DNA of 59,466 nucleotides, filler included, from Bipalium vagum (Eukaryota): NCBI GenBank assembly GCA_037834085.1. It is 3 parts of 3 records of this genome, joined end to end, with 100 filler letters (N's around TTAATTAATTAA, not from the genome) between each part and the next. Parts side by side here need not be neighbours in the genome. Positions count along the whole stretch, not along the records: positions 1 to 17,250 come from JBBMKC010073524.1; positions 17,351 to 42,293 come from JBBMKC010198387.1; 1 more part is not named here. One strand, 5' to 3'. The translations under genes and the position numbers were made by a program. The notes below the pieces were generated by a model. That model had not been told where the DNA came from. It did no database searches and worked only from the letters and a program-made list of their open reading frames with translations. Positions 13,690-27,000 of this stretch are shown here, piece by piece. The stretch's first letter is position 1. Each line of letters starts with the position of its first letter.

Positions 13690-14140
13690 AAATAAATCGA
13701 TGAAAGAATGGAAAGAATATTATATAAGAGAACGCATAATCAAGATTTACCACATTTTGTAATCTTTTATAAAATAGATTGACACTTGAAACAAAACTTG
13801 ACCATTGTGTCAGGATCGCTGTCAATCATTTTCAACATGCAATCGATGATAAAATCCATCATTTTCGGAATAATAAGAAAATTATTGTAATTATGCATGA
13901 TATAACACTCTACCTCATTATTTTTAATAAAGCTGAATCGATTTCGAAGAATGTTTATTTATCAATTTGAAGTACCATGTCCTCGTAGGAAATTTAGATC
14001 GAGTTAAATAGAATAGGAGTACCGATTTATACGACAAGTTTTGAAAATATGGTACACCCAGATTGATGAAACAAAAATAGGAAATGATTTAATTTTTGGT
14101 ATATTATTGTGAATATGGAGTGAAATGAAAAAATGACAAA
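13690..14140 (+). mobile_element. Possible Merlin/IS1595-type transposase trace
   Basis: QIDETKIG at ~14059-14082 and a degenerate IEN.WSEMKK-like stretch at ~14103-14133. Otherwise decayed. Confidence 0.3.
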
Positions 14141-14235
14141 ATAAAAGTTAGTATCCCATAAAACAGTGATAGAGTCTAAAGAAACAAATGTTAATCTGTA
14201 AATCACTTGTATTTTCTAGAAAGTTAAAGTTAGAG

Positions 14236-14475
14236 CAGTGGCCTTCAACCTTTAGTATCTTAACGCCCACTTTTGCTACATTCCCGTCTATAAAAAATCT
14301 ATCGTCCATCCAAACTTTGAAAAGAGAATGCAATATCTACCACTAGTATAGTAGTTGAAAGAGTTAATGAGACTCCTGTACTTGATGTTTCGATGCCAAG
14401 GACTTCTTCCTAACGTCCAACCAATATTTCAAAATGCCCACTACTGGGCGATATCGCCCAGGTTGAAGGCCACTT
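14236..14475. mobile_element. hAT (Buster/Charlie-type) MITE, 240 bp
   Basis: TIRs CAGTGGCCTTCAACCT / AGGTTGAAGGCCACTT (15/16 match). 8-bp TSD AGTTAGAG / TGTTAGAG with central TA. Confidence 0.85.
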
Positions 14476-15499
14476 TGTTAGAGTGAAGAATCTTAACATG
14501 GTTTCAATTAAACACCTAATTATGTATCTGATCTAATGTTACATAATTTGGAAAGATTGACTTCACGGCAATCAAAGTGAAATAAAACTAAAAGGTTGTC
14601 TGAAACATCAATAATAACACTTATAAGAAACACTTATAACATTACTCTTCATATTCAAGTGAAAAGTATGTAAAAAAGGTTAGATTTCGCACGTTATCCC
14701 GTGAACATCAGCTGTGGGAACTAATGAAAGTTTACAACAAGTTATAAGAACACACAGTACACATATTGTTCATGAAGATCTTGAATGTTCAATAGAACGC
14801 TCCTGTTTTTAACTGTTATTAATGAAGCCAAATCATATTTTAATAAAATGAAAAGTCAAAACTTTACTGTACTTTTGCAGAGCAGAAAAATATCTTTCAA
14901 ATAAGTTTATTTAATATTAAATAAATACGATACCGTAAAACAAAAGCATAAATTAATAAAATCACATAGATTGTTACAGCCTAATAATGAGTTCGTTTTT
15001 ATATTCATTTTTTAAACTTCACATTAAAGTTTCATTGTAATTTTTAACTTGAATTTCCACTAGTGACAGTGTTCAAGAAAATTTAATGATATGATTGAAT
15101 ATTTTTAAAATTATTAAGAAATATTTTTATTTGTACAATTATCGACGTATCCCGATCTTTGAGTATAAATTGAAAATCTATAACTCTCAAAATAGTTTAT
15201 ACATAGAATGCTTCACTAATCGATGGTGCTCCATTCATCTCTAAAATCTGAATTTTGAAAAATAAGACTCAGATTGTTTGGATTGCTGGCAGTGTCTTTA
15301 TACCTAAAAGGATTATAGAAGTAGTAAACTTGGAAATATAAGTGAGTTTCTGCGCTATTTAATTTTAAAAGCTATTAGTACTAAAATTAAACCATATAGA
15401 AAGGTCAAAAAATACAAATTAATACTAAATAAAGAACACGACAAAACCAAGCAGTTTTAATATATTTCAATTTTTACTTTCCAGTTACTTCCCATTTTC

Positions 15500-15640
15500 T
15501 TTGGTTTTTAACAAAACATTGTTGAATATAACGGTTTCAGGTATACCACGAAATATTTTGGATGCCTGTCTGATTGAGATCTTACGAACTACCATCGGTT
15601 CACTAACTGCATCAACTCCATAAACATTTTTGTTGTTTAC
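15500..15640 (-). mobile_element. pogo-type HTH_psq transposase fragment
   Basis: Minus-strand DAVSEPMVVRKISIRQASKIFRGIPET resembles the psq helix-turn-helix (SIR.AA..YGIP.TT). Confidence 0.35.
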
Positions 15641-16382
15641 AAATGAAACATTATTTTAGTATTTATTGACAAGATTTCCAAAATCGATAAAAAGATTCTC
15701 AATCGGAAAACAATCTTCACATTAATCAAAATTAAAATATTTTTGAATTCATATTTTAATCAACGGTTTTAACTAATTTGGTCTCTTTCGTAAATGGTAA
15801 TCATCAAACTCAGAGAAAATCAAAATTCCATATGTATAACCCCACAATAATCGTAGGTAATTGACTCAAATAATGTTACTGTTGTTATCAGGATGGCCTT
15901 ATCATAAAATATTGGCTTCAGTGGGAAAGTTAAACTCAAAGAATATTCGTTATTGAATGAAATTCAACTCATTAACACATAAATAGCATGTAAACATATA
16001 AAACAAATAAATATGTTGGATTTCACAGTAGAAGATTTGCTACCATTCTTCCTAACAAATAGAATAACGGGTGTGTCAGGGAATAATCCTAATTCAGCCA
16101 CCGCTAACATTCCGGTGATTAAATCATTCTTTCTCATTAAGTCAAACAGAAATTACCAGAAAGAGAATGAGGATCAGGAGGTTGCTACATTTTCATCTAA
16201 TATGTTTCCCCTTCAGATAGGCATTAGAAATTTTCGAAAATCGACAATCATACTTCTTTTTGTTCTACAGTTTTATGATCAAATAATTAAAGGTAGATTT
16301 TTCTTTTCTTTACTTTTAATTATAAATTATTTCTTTTTTCATTTTTTGTAGATTATTTTATTTTTTTTATTTATTCATTATA

Positions 16383-16735
16383 CAGTCCTTGTAAAAAGTT
16401 TGTTCACCCCCTATAGAATATACAAAATTAATGGAAATGAATAAGTTAAAACTCGAAATTTATTAAATAAATAGGTATTTAATATTAAGTGGGATATCCC
16501 TTTGATTTTTGGACCAATACTAATCTTTTTGGCAAGGAGGATACAATTTTCTTGCACAACTTAGCAGAAAGTTTGTACCATTCGTCTTGAACTGCTTTCC
16601 ATAATTCATCAGCAGAGTTGTGTGTCATTGTGGTAACTTTTCTTTTGATGGTACCCCAGACATTTTCGATGGGATTTAGGTCATGTTAAACTATATATTT
16701 TTTAGAGGGGGTAAACAAACTTTTTACAAGAACTG
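16383..16735 (-). mobile_element. Internally deleted Tc1 element, 353 bp, both TIRs present
   Basis: TA|CAGTCCTTGTAAAAAGTTTGTTCACCCCCT ... AGGGGGTAAACAAACTTTTTACAAGAACTG|TA. Inside is the transposase C-terminus DLNPIENVWGTIKRKV...LWKAVQDEW...SLPKRLVLVQKSKGYPT*. Confidence 0.92.
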
Positions 16736-17179
16736 TAAGCAAGAAGATTTTGTGTAAACATTGATAATTAAATAACTGATACTTCATATGATAATAATTT
16801 TGTTAAGGGCTTGGAGAAATTGATTGATCAAATGCAAGCATCCTGATACGCCAATAAAATTTAAATTCCGAAGGTTGTTTTAAGTATGATCCCAGCCCTA
16901 GTTTCGGGAGCCGATTTTATTGGTTCAATTGTTAAACATTGAAATGAATGATGAAATCATTTAGGCAAATATACTGCAACTTTTCTTCTATTATGACTAT
17001 GCATGTACTCATTTGTTATTAAAGATGATCCCTCATTTCCTTACATATTCGATAACTCTTCAAGATTTACAATCGAAGAAGTCTAAGATTAGGGTTACAC
17101 GTTGATAAAAAATAATCATAATAATATTTGTTAAACATTAATTTTAATGTAAATATTATAGTTAGCAGTTTTGAATATA

Positions 17180-17250
17180 CAGGGTGCGTGCGATATTTTC
17201 GGAATAAATTTGAACGTTAAATACAATGTTATTTTAATTTTGTCATTAAA
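17180..17250. mobile_element. Terminus of a Tc1/mariner-superfamily element cut by the contig end
   Basis: TA|CAGGGTG TIR start just before the linker. Confidence 0.45.
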
Positions 17251-17350
17251 NNNNNNNNNNNNNNNNNNNNNNNNNNNNNNNNNNNNNNNNNNNNTTAATT
17301 AATTAANNNNNNNNNNNNNNNNNNNNNNNNNNNNNNNNNNNNNNNNNNNN
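17251..17350. other. Artificial contig linker (44N-TTAATTAATTAA-44N)
   Basis: Symmetric 100-bp spacer with stops in all six frames. The same spacer recurs at 42294-42393. Confidence 0.95.
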
Positions 17351-17569
17351 CCTTCACCACAGAATCCAGCATCAAATTGCACTTGGAGAATTTCCTAGAT
17401 CTAAAAGACAAACAATTCTTCAAAAGTAGAATTATGGCATTATCTGATAGATGGAAGTAAATTATTGTACAGAATGGTGCTTATATTTGTTAATAAAATA
17501 TATTTTTCTGTAAAAAAGCAGTCTTTGTTTTTCTAATAAAAAAACGCACCAACTTTCCGGACAACCCAA
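17351..17569 (+). mobile_element. Mariner 3' end with right TIR
   Basis: LENFLDLKDKQFFKSRIMALSDRWK*IIVQNGAYI followed by CGCACCAACTTTCCGGACAACCCAA|TA. Confidence 0.8.
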
Positions 17570-18276
17570 TAAAAAAAATTATTTATATTAAAATATTTTA
17601 AATTCTATGAATTTTTTATGAATTTTAATTTATTTATACATAATCATAAAAAATAATATTATAAATTTTATATCCCATAAGGAAAAAATCAAAATCTTTT
17701 AACTGTCAAAATAATTTTCAGCTTTCTACCACAAAACTTCATTCCATGTGTTTGGTCGGTCATATCTTGTGATATTGATTTTCTCTTAATAATATTTTCA
17801 GGCAGTGAATTTTTTTATTTCCGTCCTTGGTGATATTGCAATTGTCAAAGTCGGTAACAAACTGAATAATAAAATAATCATTGTCTTTTCCAACAGACGA
17901 GGTTTCTCAGAAATGTTTAATGAAATACTTTGCGAAACCCAATATTCGTCTTTAATATTCTTCTTTTTGCTTGTTTAAAACCATTAGAAAATTTTACGGT
18001 TTCGGAATGTTTTTATTACTTCATTTTTATCATGTAAAAATTTCTCTTAAACATTGTGATAGATATTTAATGTGATTTTTAATTCGAAGCTGATTTTTTC
18101 ACTGTGATAAATAAAAATCTAAAGAAATTATAATGATAATTTAAAAATAATATTATTAATTTTTAGTTTTTAATAATACAAAAAAGAATCGTACAAAAAT
18201 AAAAATTGGATAATTTAATATTTTTCTTGATACTCAAATGGAAATATATTATTGGAAATTATTATTAAACCCCATA

Positions 18277-18930
18277 CATGGGTTTTTTTATACTCGTTTT
18301 ATATTTTTTATTTAAGATCATGATAACTGTGCAAGATAAAGCGCGGTTTGTATGGTGATTTGCGGAACTTGTCTGAAGTGCAAAGAAAAGAAGCATATTA
18401 TGGAAAAGAGTCACTAGGTCGTGAATCAATTTATATATGAGAAGCTCAGTTTCTGGAAAATGGGAATGTAGAGAAAGAAAAAAGTACCGGAAGACCGATT
18501 ATTTATAAGAAAAAGATTGATCATATTCGACAGAGCTTTTCCAATTATTCCAAGCAATCATTGCGATGTGTAAGCAGGGAATTAAAAATACAGTGTTTTA
18601 CAGTGCACAAAGTAATTCGTAAGCGCCCTCACCTTCTCCGTACAAAATTCAACATTTTCATAAGGACAAGAATAATCTCGCTAATTTAGCTGTGAATATG
18701 TTGGAACGATTAGGTAACGGTCCGCATTTCCCGATTCCCTTGCCACCACGATCACCAGATTTAATCCTACTGGTTTTTCCTCTGGGGTTATGCAAAAGAT
18801 CGCGTGTATTCAATCAAAATAAAAACATTGGAACATTTGAAAAGTAAAATTACGGATATTATTGCATCAGTCACTCCGGAAATGCTTGAAATGTATTGAT
18901 AATGTTTAATGTGCTACAAATTTTATACAT
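18277..18930 (+). mobile_element. Decayed, internally deleted rosa/DD41D-like Tc1-mariner element
   Basis: MITVQDKARFVW..., QFLENGNVEKEKSTGRP and LPPRSPDLILL..F.WGYAKDRVY (family motif WPPRSPDLTPLDFFLWG). Confidence 0.7.
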
Positions 18931-21900
18931 ATTTTATGAAATAATTATATATATACAAAATTCCATCGAACTCCACAGTGAAAATAGAAATATCCGACAT
19001 TGGCAAAGAGTTGAATATCATAAATTATTTGAGAAGCAAGGGCTATGATTTATTAATGGAATATACTCAAAAATTGTCATCAGCTCCGTTTTGTGATAGA
19101 ATTAAAAGTGGTTTAAACTGGTTTTAATTATCAAGAAAAAATTAATTACATATCTTTAAAATTATTCTGAACAGTCAGATTGTCAATTACGAAATATCTA
19201 CTTAATTAAAAGGGGCGTGATAGGCTTTGGACATTGTGGATACCATAACAAAGATTAAAAATTATGTTAAAAATGAAAACCGGGGGATGTTGAGACTCAC
19301 AAATCTTACAATAGTCTCTACGGAATATATAAGAACTCCAAAATTGTTTCAGTAATACTGAGTCGATTGATCCTAAATTACTTATATTATTTTAGATCAG
19401 TTCTTGAAAGACACTTTAACATAGTGACTGCTCTAATGGACTGCTTTATAATAAATAATAAAAATGAATATAAATATTTAAGTGAATTAAATACTTTAAA
19501 ATGTAATTATAAAAAATGTATTTAAAATTCTTGATTATAAATCGTAAATGTATTATCAGAAAGGTGGAAACACGTTGTACAGAAAGAGGGGACATATTTT
19601 ATTTAATAAATTTATCAAAAAATCTTCTTTTTTGTAGTTTAAAAATGTTATGACAAAATCGTAATACTTATGTTATACAATTTAAACAATACAATTTTTA
19701 CGAAAAGGGTTCCCTTATGGTGCCAATCACGATTAAATCGCAAAAACCAGTGCTACTTTCTACACAGATGTAAAGTTTTTATTTTGTTTATCTAAAATAA
19801 TTCAAATGAATTCTTGTTAACGAAAGTTATTACATGTCCTTGTTTTACAATTTTATTAGAATTAACCTGTTAGAAAATATATAATATTCCTTGTATATAC
19901 TTTTTCAGTTCCGACATAGTAGCAGTGCGTCTTAAATCTTTTTTGTATGTGTTGCAGAGGTGTTACTCATATATCACATACTGTTGAGGGTTCTGAAGTT
20001 TTCATGAAGAAACTTATAATCTTATTAATACACCATATCTTAGCAAATCCGTTGAGAGTGGTGCAGCCATTTATTTTAGCTAATTAAAACAATCGAAATA
20101 GAACATCTCGAGAATGGAAAATTTCTGAAAATATATCTATCATCAGTCTCCGGAAGCATATATATGGAGACTTTCTTATTTTATATTATAAAACTTTATC
20201 TGTTTGGTGGAGAGCTTTTATTGTTTACCTTTCATTAAGTTTACTCAGAAAAAAAGGATCAAGAGAAATTTTCGATAGTGATCTGTTGTATTCCTTTCAT
20301 CTTTAGAATTAGTTAAAATTAATTCATCCTCATATTGCTTTTAAAAATATAAATTAAATAAAAATAATTAGATTATAAAAATTAATGTATCATTGAAGAA
20401 TTAAATTTTCTTCCTTTTCAGTTAAGTTGAAAATGAAAAAATTAAATTTCTTTATTAAAAAAAACTATAATTTGTTCTATTTACTACATTTACATATAAT
20501 TATAATAATAATTATTATTATTATCATTAAATATTTTTAGGATAAAGGAGAGTAATAATTATTTCCATCAAGAAAACAAACTTGAGTATCTTCTGGATTT
20601 TGAAAAAGATTAAATTTATATTAATCAATTAATAATATCGATTATTTTTAATTCAATGATTTAGAAATTTATTTATTAGAGACCTAGAACCTCTTTGAAG
20701 ATAATTATAGAAATTTTAATTTACTTATTTACGGTTAAATAGACTCCTTTTGCTTTGCCTCTCCTTACCGTTGAGACTGATGTATATGTTATTATGATTA
20801 ACAATGGAAAATTGCAACGTTTATTTGACGGAGAATAGATTTACTAAATAAATTAATTATAAATAGTTAGGAAAAATATGGATTGAAGTATAATTATGGA
20901 AAACTATTGATTCATCATTCTACAAAAATTTCCCAGTAAAATATTTTATTATTATTATTATTTTTTTAAAAAAAAAATTTTTTTTACTTTTATTATTTTA
21001 TTATTATTATTTTTATGATTTTCATTATTATTATTACTATTTTATAAATACAAATTAATTTTGTAATTAATTTTTTCGAAATGGTATTTTCAGATTTTTT
21101 TTCTAATCTTATTACAGTTTAAATTTAAATTATATATAATATAAAAAAAATTATTTTTTTAATTAAAATTAAATTTTCTAAGATAATATATTAATCAAGA
21201 AATTATGAATAAATTCAATACATAATAATAAATGTTAAATTAATCTTTTAATTGATACATCAAAATTTCAAAGAAATTATAATAAGTTTTCGAAAAAATA
21301 ATAAATATTAATTAATATTACGGTTACCTCTAACATGATAACGTATAATAATATAAAAATTGATGTAAAATGAAAAGCATCCATTGCATATTTGTTGATA
21401 AATGAATTTATCCTTTATGTACAGATTAAATATTATTAAGGTATGTGTGAGAAATATTTTTTCTAAGGAATAAAGGGATCTTGGATAAAAGACCATAACC
21501 TTCAAAGTCTAAGTGACTTTTTTAATGAAAATTTTTTCCAAATTCAAGTATTGTTTTTGGATCTCAGAACAATAATTTTGTTTTAAAAAGTCTCTGGAAA
21601 AAAATAACAAATATTCATAAAATAATTTCTGTAATGCCCTCGTGCATTCTTTAGAAAAGAAGAGAATATTTCAAAATATGATAATTATTTCCATGGTAAC
21701 CTCAGTCAACAAATGTAAAATTATCAGGAAACAATTGATTTGATACATTGTGTTAAAGAATTAAATTCCATTACTTTTCATTTCTAAATATTCTGAATTG
21801 AAAATAAAATTATTTAATTTGTCGTTCTTTGATTCCGAACATAATAATATTGATGGAAAGTTAATCTTTATTAATTATTCTAAGCACAAATTGAATTCAG

Positions 21901-23289
21901 ATTTTGTAGAAAATTAAATTAGTTAGAGTTTCCAAACTCTTGATATTGACAGCATTAATAAAGCCGAACGTTTTCTTTTAAAAAGTGATAATAATAATAA
22001 TAATATTATTAGAAGTTACATTATTAAACAAATATTGCACCAAAGACTATGTAAACACAGAGAATATGTAAAAGTAATGATCGTAATCGTCTATTTTTTT
22101 TTGAGAAAACAACAAAGTTTTCAATTTAAATCGATGAACAACATTATAACCTTTAATAAATAATTTAAATTATTTAAACAAAAGACTAAAGCCTTCGAAA
22201 ATGACACTCAGTATTCCGGTACTTAATATTTACACTAAATATAAATAAGACAGGAATTAAAAAATTATTGTAAAAATTCTTAAATAGAATTTTTTATGTT
22301 TTTGTATTAATTAATTAGAAAATTGCTTTCATAATTTAAGTAGAAGAACATTTGATTTATTCTTAGAGTATTTTTCATTTACTAAATTGTCAGATTTTAC
22401 AATTAAGAAAAATAGGGAAAATATTATATTATGGCATTAATTTATTATATTTTTTAGTTTTAATAGAAGAAAATATGAATTTACCACTGAATTATACAAA
22501 ATATTAAATAATTTTTTTTCTTTAAAATATTTTAAATAAATAATATTTTTCATATATTTTAAACTATTTAAAGCTGTGTTAATTATGATATAAATTTAAT
22601 AAAGAAATTATTCATTTTATTTATGCTAAAACGTGTAATAGTTATTTTTGTACAAAATTTTCGCTTTAAATAAAGAAATAAATAATAAATATTAATAGTA
22701 GTTTTTAAAACATCTAAACCCTACCTGTTAAACCCTTCCCATCTATGACATTAAATATTCTTTCACCCAGTTTAATTTCCAATTTCCAGTTTTAAAGTCG
22801 GATTAGGTTGATCTTTAGATCCCTTCGGACAAATGCAAATTTTAAATTTCTTCAAATATCAAAACATTTTAATATTAATTCTTACTTATTTTCTCAATTC
22901 AGTAATATTTCTTCCTTAACAAAGTTTTATTTTATAAAGAATTTAGTAACTATAGTCTAGTCAGGATATATGAAAATCAGCTATTACGAGAAAAATTACT
23001 GACAACAGCTCCCGGTCGAAGAATTACATTTTTATTTAATTGTTATTATGAAATCGTTTATTACGAATATTTTCGTGGCACATGAAAATAAAATATAAGT
23101 ATTTCATGAAGGATAATATGAATTCTAATAAATACTTAAATATTTAAAACAAGGAAGATAAAGTTGTTTAAATCTTCATAGACATTTATTATTAACTTAC
23201 TATTATTTAAACTGGAATATCTTTTAGATTAAATTAAATTTGGTTTGTATTATTTAATTTAATTCTTTATTTATTTCTTAATTATTCTA

Positions 23290-23870
23290 ATACATCATGT
23301 AAGAAAAGCGAAAGGATCAGCGAATGCTGAAAATTTGAACATTATTCAAGCTCTGGAACATTAATCAAATGGAAACTGATTGATATTGCTGCCGAAATTC
23401 ATATCAAACCTTCCACACTCTCGGCACTGTAAAAATAAAGTTAAGTCGTTTCTCACTCACTTACAAGTAACCTTTCTCCATCTACCAAACGTTTTCATGA
23501 AGATGATAAATACGAAAAAGTTGAGAATGTTCTATTGCATTAGTTCACATTATTTCGTGCTTCTCTCATTGCAATATCCGACGAACTATTAAATATAAAG
23601 AGTAGTTCTTTTGCAAAAGTTTTGAAACTGAAGAAGCTATTCTTATGGCAATAAATTCCGAAAAAGAGGACTGGAATGAGCAGGGGACGGAATAAATAGA
23701 CAATGAAGCTGCGAGAATGAAATAACTCCACCAGAAGCTATCAATTTTGTCCAAAAGATCCAATTGACTTTTCTTAAATATTCTAATTATTCAGCTGATT
23801 TTCAGAGTGTAAATAAACTTCGTTCTGCCCACATAAAGTTTGCTAAATCATTCATTAATGAAAGTACCCG
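23290..23870 (+). mobile_element. Decayed Tigger/pogo (CENP-B-like HTH) transposase relic
   Basis: LNIIQALE and KLIDIAAEIHIKPSTLSAL resemble the CENP-B N-terminal HTH. Many stops. Confidence 0.45.
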
Positions 23871-24091
23871 ATATTTTGAAAATAAATAAAATGTTAATGA
23901 AAAATTGTTTTTTGATTGTAATATTTTTTAGTCTATAAGGCAATCGGTTATTAATAATTTTTCTTGTGATAATAAATGTTTCATAATATTCGGAATAAAC
24001 TGTATTTATATCATGTAATTTTCATTTTTTGTGCATTTTTTATTTATTTATTTTAATGACATCCCTATAATACTTAATGATCTGAATTCAG

Positions 24092-27000
24092 AATAACAAA
24101 ACCAATTCAAATCTTCAACCAAATAAAGATGTGTATGGATCTCCAGATTCACAAGAAATCCCTGAATCCTTTAGCAACATGAAAAGAATTTGGAAGAAAG
24201 CCGTATTATCCATCAAGAAAGATTCCGTATGTATTTCATATTTCGTGGAAATTTATACACAAGGTTTTAATTCAAATATTAAAATCGGAATGGTTTATTT
24301 TAATTTCAAATTATTGTTCATATTATTAGGTGTAGGCATAAGTTTTAGTCCATTTTTTAAAAAAATTAAATGTTTTTAAAAAGGTAATATATATTTATCT
24401 TTATACGACAGGGATTCAAATAATCAGTCATCAACATAATATCCATTATTGGAAATCACTTTTTGCCATCTTTCAGGTAATTACTAAATCCCGGATATAT
24501 TTCTATCGTAGATATTGGTTTTGACGCAAGATAATTCTTGACAAAATCTCGTATCTGGTCAATATTTTTGAAACGACATCTGGCTAATTCATGTTGCATT
24601 GAGCGAAACTAATGAAAATCTGAAGCAGCAAGGTCAGGAAAATAAGCTGTGTGAGAAAGAACTTCCCAGCCTAACTGTAAAATGTTTTCCTGAGTTTGTT
24701 TTGCTTTGTGCGGTCTGGCATTGTCATGTACCAGGACAATTTTATGCGATTTTTTCCGGAAAAAGTATTTTTTTCTCGATTTGTTTAGCCAAATTTAGTA
24801 ATTGTTTGCTATAACCTTCCGCATTAATGGTTTCACCAGCTTTGATGATGTCATAATGAATGGGTCCTTTCATATCCCACCAGATGCAAAGGAGTACTTT
24901 TTTATTGTGAATATGTGTTTTGACAACTGAAGTAGCTGGCATTCCAGGGTCCACCCATAAATGTTTGCTTATTGGATAATTCTAATTAATCATTTTTCAT
25001 CTGCAGTGACGATTTTCCATAAAAGTCTTTTTATTTGTCTAGCAATAAGAGATGCACATGTTGTTAATCGGCATAAAATATTGCTTTCGGAAAGTTCGTG
25101 CTGAAACCATTTTCCAGCCTTCTGAATTTTTCGCATGTCTTATAACCGACTCCCAATAGTTCTTTGATCAACGGCAAGTTGTTTTGCGAGTTCTGCTTGC
25201 GTCTAGGCTGTATTTTCATTCAGCAGCTCTTCCAATTTGGCTGATTCCAATATCTGTGGAGACCACTACGTGGTCGATCGGTAACATCAAAATTTCCGTC
25301 TTTGAATCGACGATACCAGTATTTACAAGTACTGTTGGAAACGGCATTATTACCAAGAATAAAACATATTGATTTAAATGCCCGGGATGCATTTTTGCGT
25401 TGATTAAATTCAAATCTTATGCAACACAGAACGTACAAATTTTCATCACTCATTTTGAAGACTGATAATTTGGTTTTTATAAAATAACTTAAGTATAAAA
25501 TTAATATATTTATAAAATTTAATATATTGATTACTAATGTAAAATTTCGTGGTAGTTATTTGATAATATTTGGATTAGTAAAGCAACGATAAAAAATGGT
25601 TTAAAACTTATGCATACACCTAATATTTCTAATTACTTTTATTTCATCTATATAAATATTTCATAAAAATAGAATATATTTTTCATTTTTCATGATAGCA
25701 ACAATATTATTGTGTATATTATTACACTATATATGGTATTGAAATGATCTTTTCCCTATTGAATAACAATATATAATATTGGATGTACAAAAAAATAAAA
25801 ATACAAACATTGATAAATATCCATTTATAAAGTCTTTGTCACAAAATAATAAAATTATTATTACAAAATAATATTAAATATTGTTATTATTATTGATATT
25901 AACATTACTACTAAATTAGTAATAATAAAATTGTAATGATAATTGGCATTCGAGTCGATTAATAGATATCAAGGAATGTAACCATCTCCATCCCATTGTT
26001 CGTGCTAGTTTTAAGTCTTTGTAGATTACAGAGTTAATGAGTTTCTCTATAATTATTAAAAACGTTGGATTCTGTCTTTACAACATGTTCTGATAGAAAT
26101 TCTAGTTAGAGATATTTTCTTTCTGTCTGGACTCTTTAGTGACAGATTTATCATAATATTCATTTGAAGTTGGAGTATTAAAAAATATATACGAAAATAT
26201 TTTCAAAAATAAAATATATTATGTTTAGTTCGCAAATTAGATCCATTTTCCAAATGATCCATAAGTATATTAGATCACAATTATGAAATTAAAATGCATG
26301 CTTTCAAATTTTTGTGAAAATAAAAATTAAAAAAAATAACGTGTAGATTATTTTAAATTTACCCCGATTTAAAAATTAAATTTTTAATAATGATATTAAG
26401 GTATTATTAATTTAATATTGTCCTTTTAAAATAAAAAAAACCTTTCATAATATAAAATATTGCATTAAAATATGATTGATAATATAATATAACAATATAA
26501 TATAATACAGGGTAACAATTAAGTAGATTTACAACTTTAAAGTCTAATAAATCTTTCAATATTTAGTTTTGTTTAGCTGAACTGTTCCCACTTAGGTAGA
26601 TGTAATATTTAAAATGTTAATATAATTATTTTTATTTTAGATAATTATTGATTGTGACAGACTTAGTGTTCAAGAGTGAGTCAAAATTGTTCAACTGAAA
26701 TATAAATTTATTTCACTCATAAAAATTCAAACAATATGGAAACAGGAAATAAATACTGATCCACCAGATATAAATAATACCACCAAATAAATACTAATAA
26801 CGATCAAGACAATATTTAACAAATTCTAGAAAACTGAAAGTGCCTTGGATGTACCAAAAAGAAAACGTCAATCAAGCAAGAGTGGGAAACTTTTGAATGA
26901 AAAGATTGATCGACTATTGCAAGTTAACCCCAGCACTTAGTTGCTGTTTAATGAATGTAATGTTTTACATGAAAGATTCAGTAGAAAAGTGAAGAAATTG

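Noticed and set aside
16013-16351. 112-aa ORF as a gene
   Set aside because: No recognisable motif and a low-complexity T-rich tail. Cannot be supported without expression data.
17295-17306. Palindromic TTAATTAATTAA between N runs (also 42338-42349) as a biological motif
   Set aside because: Identical symmetric 100-bp construct in both places with six-frame stops. It is an assembly linker.
21300-21970. hAT transposase C-terminal relic
   Set aside because: Only a faint STY.CE..FS-like trace after assuming frameshifts. Too weak to call.
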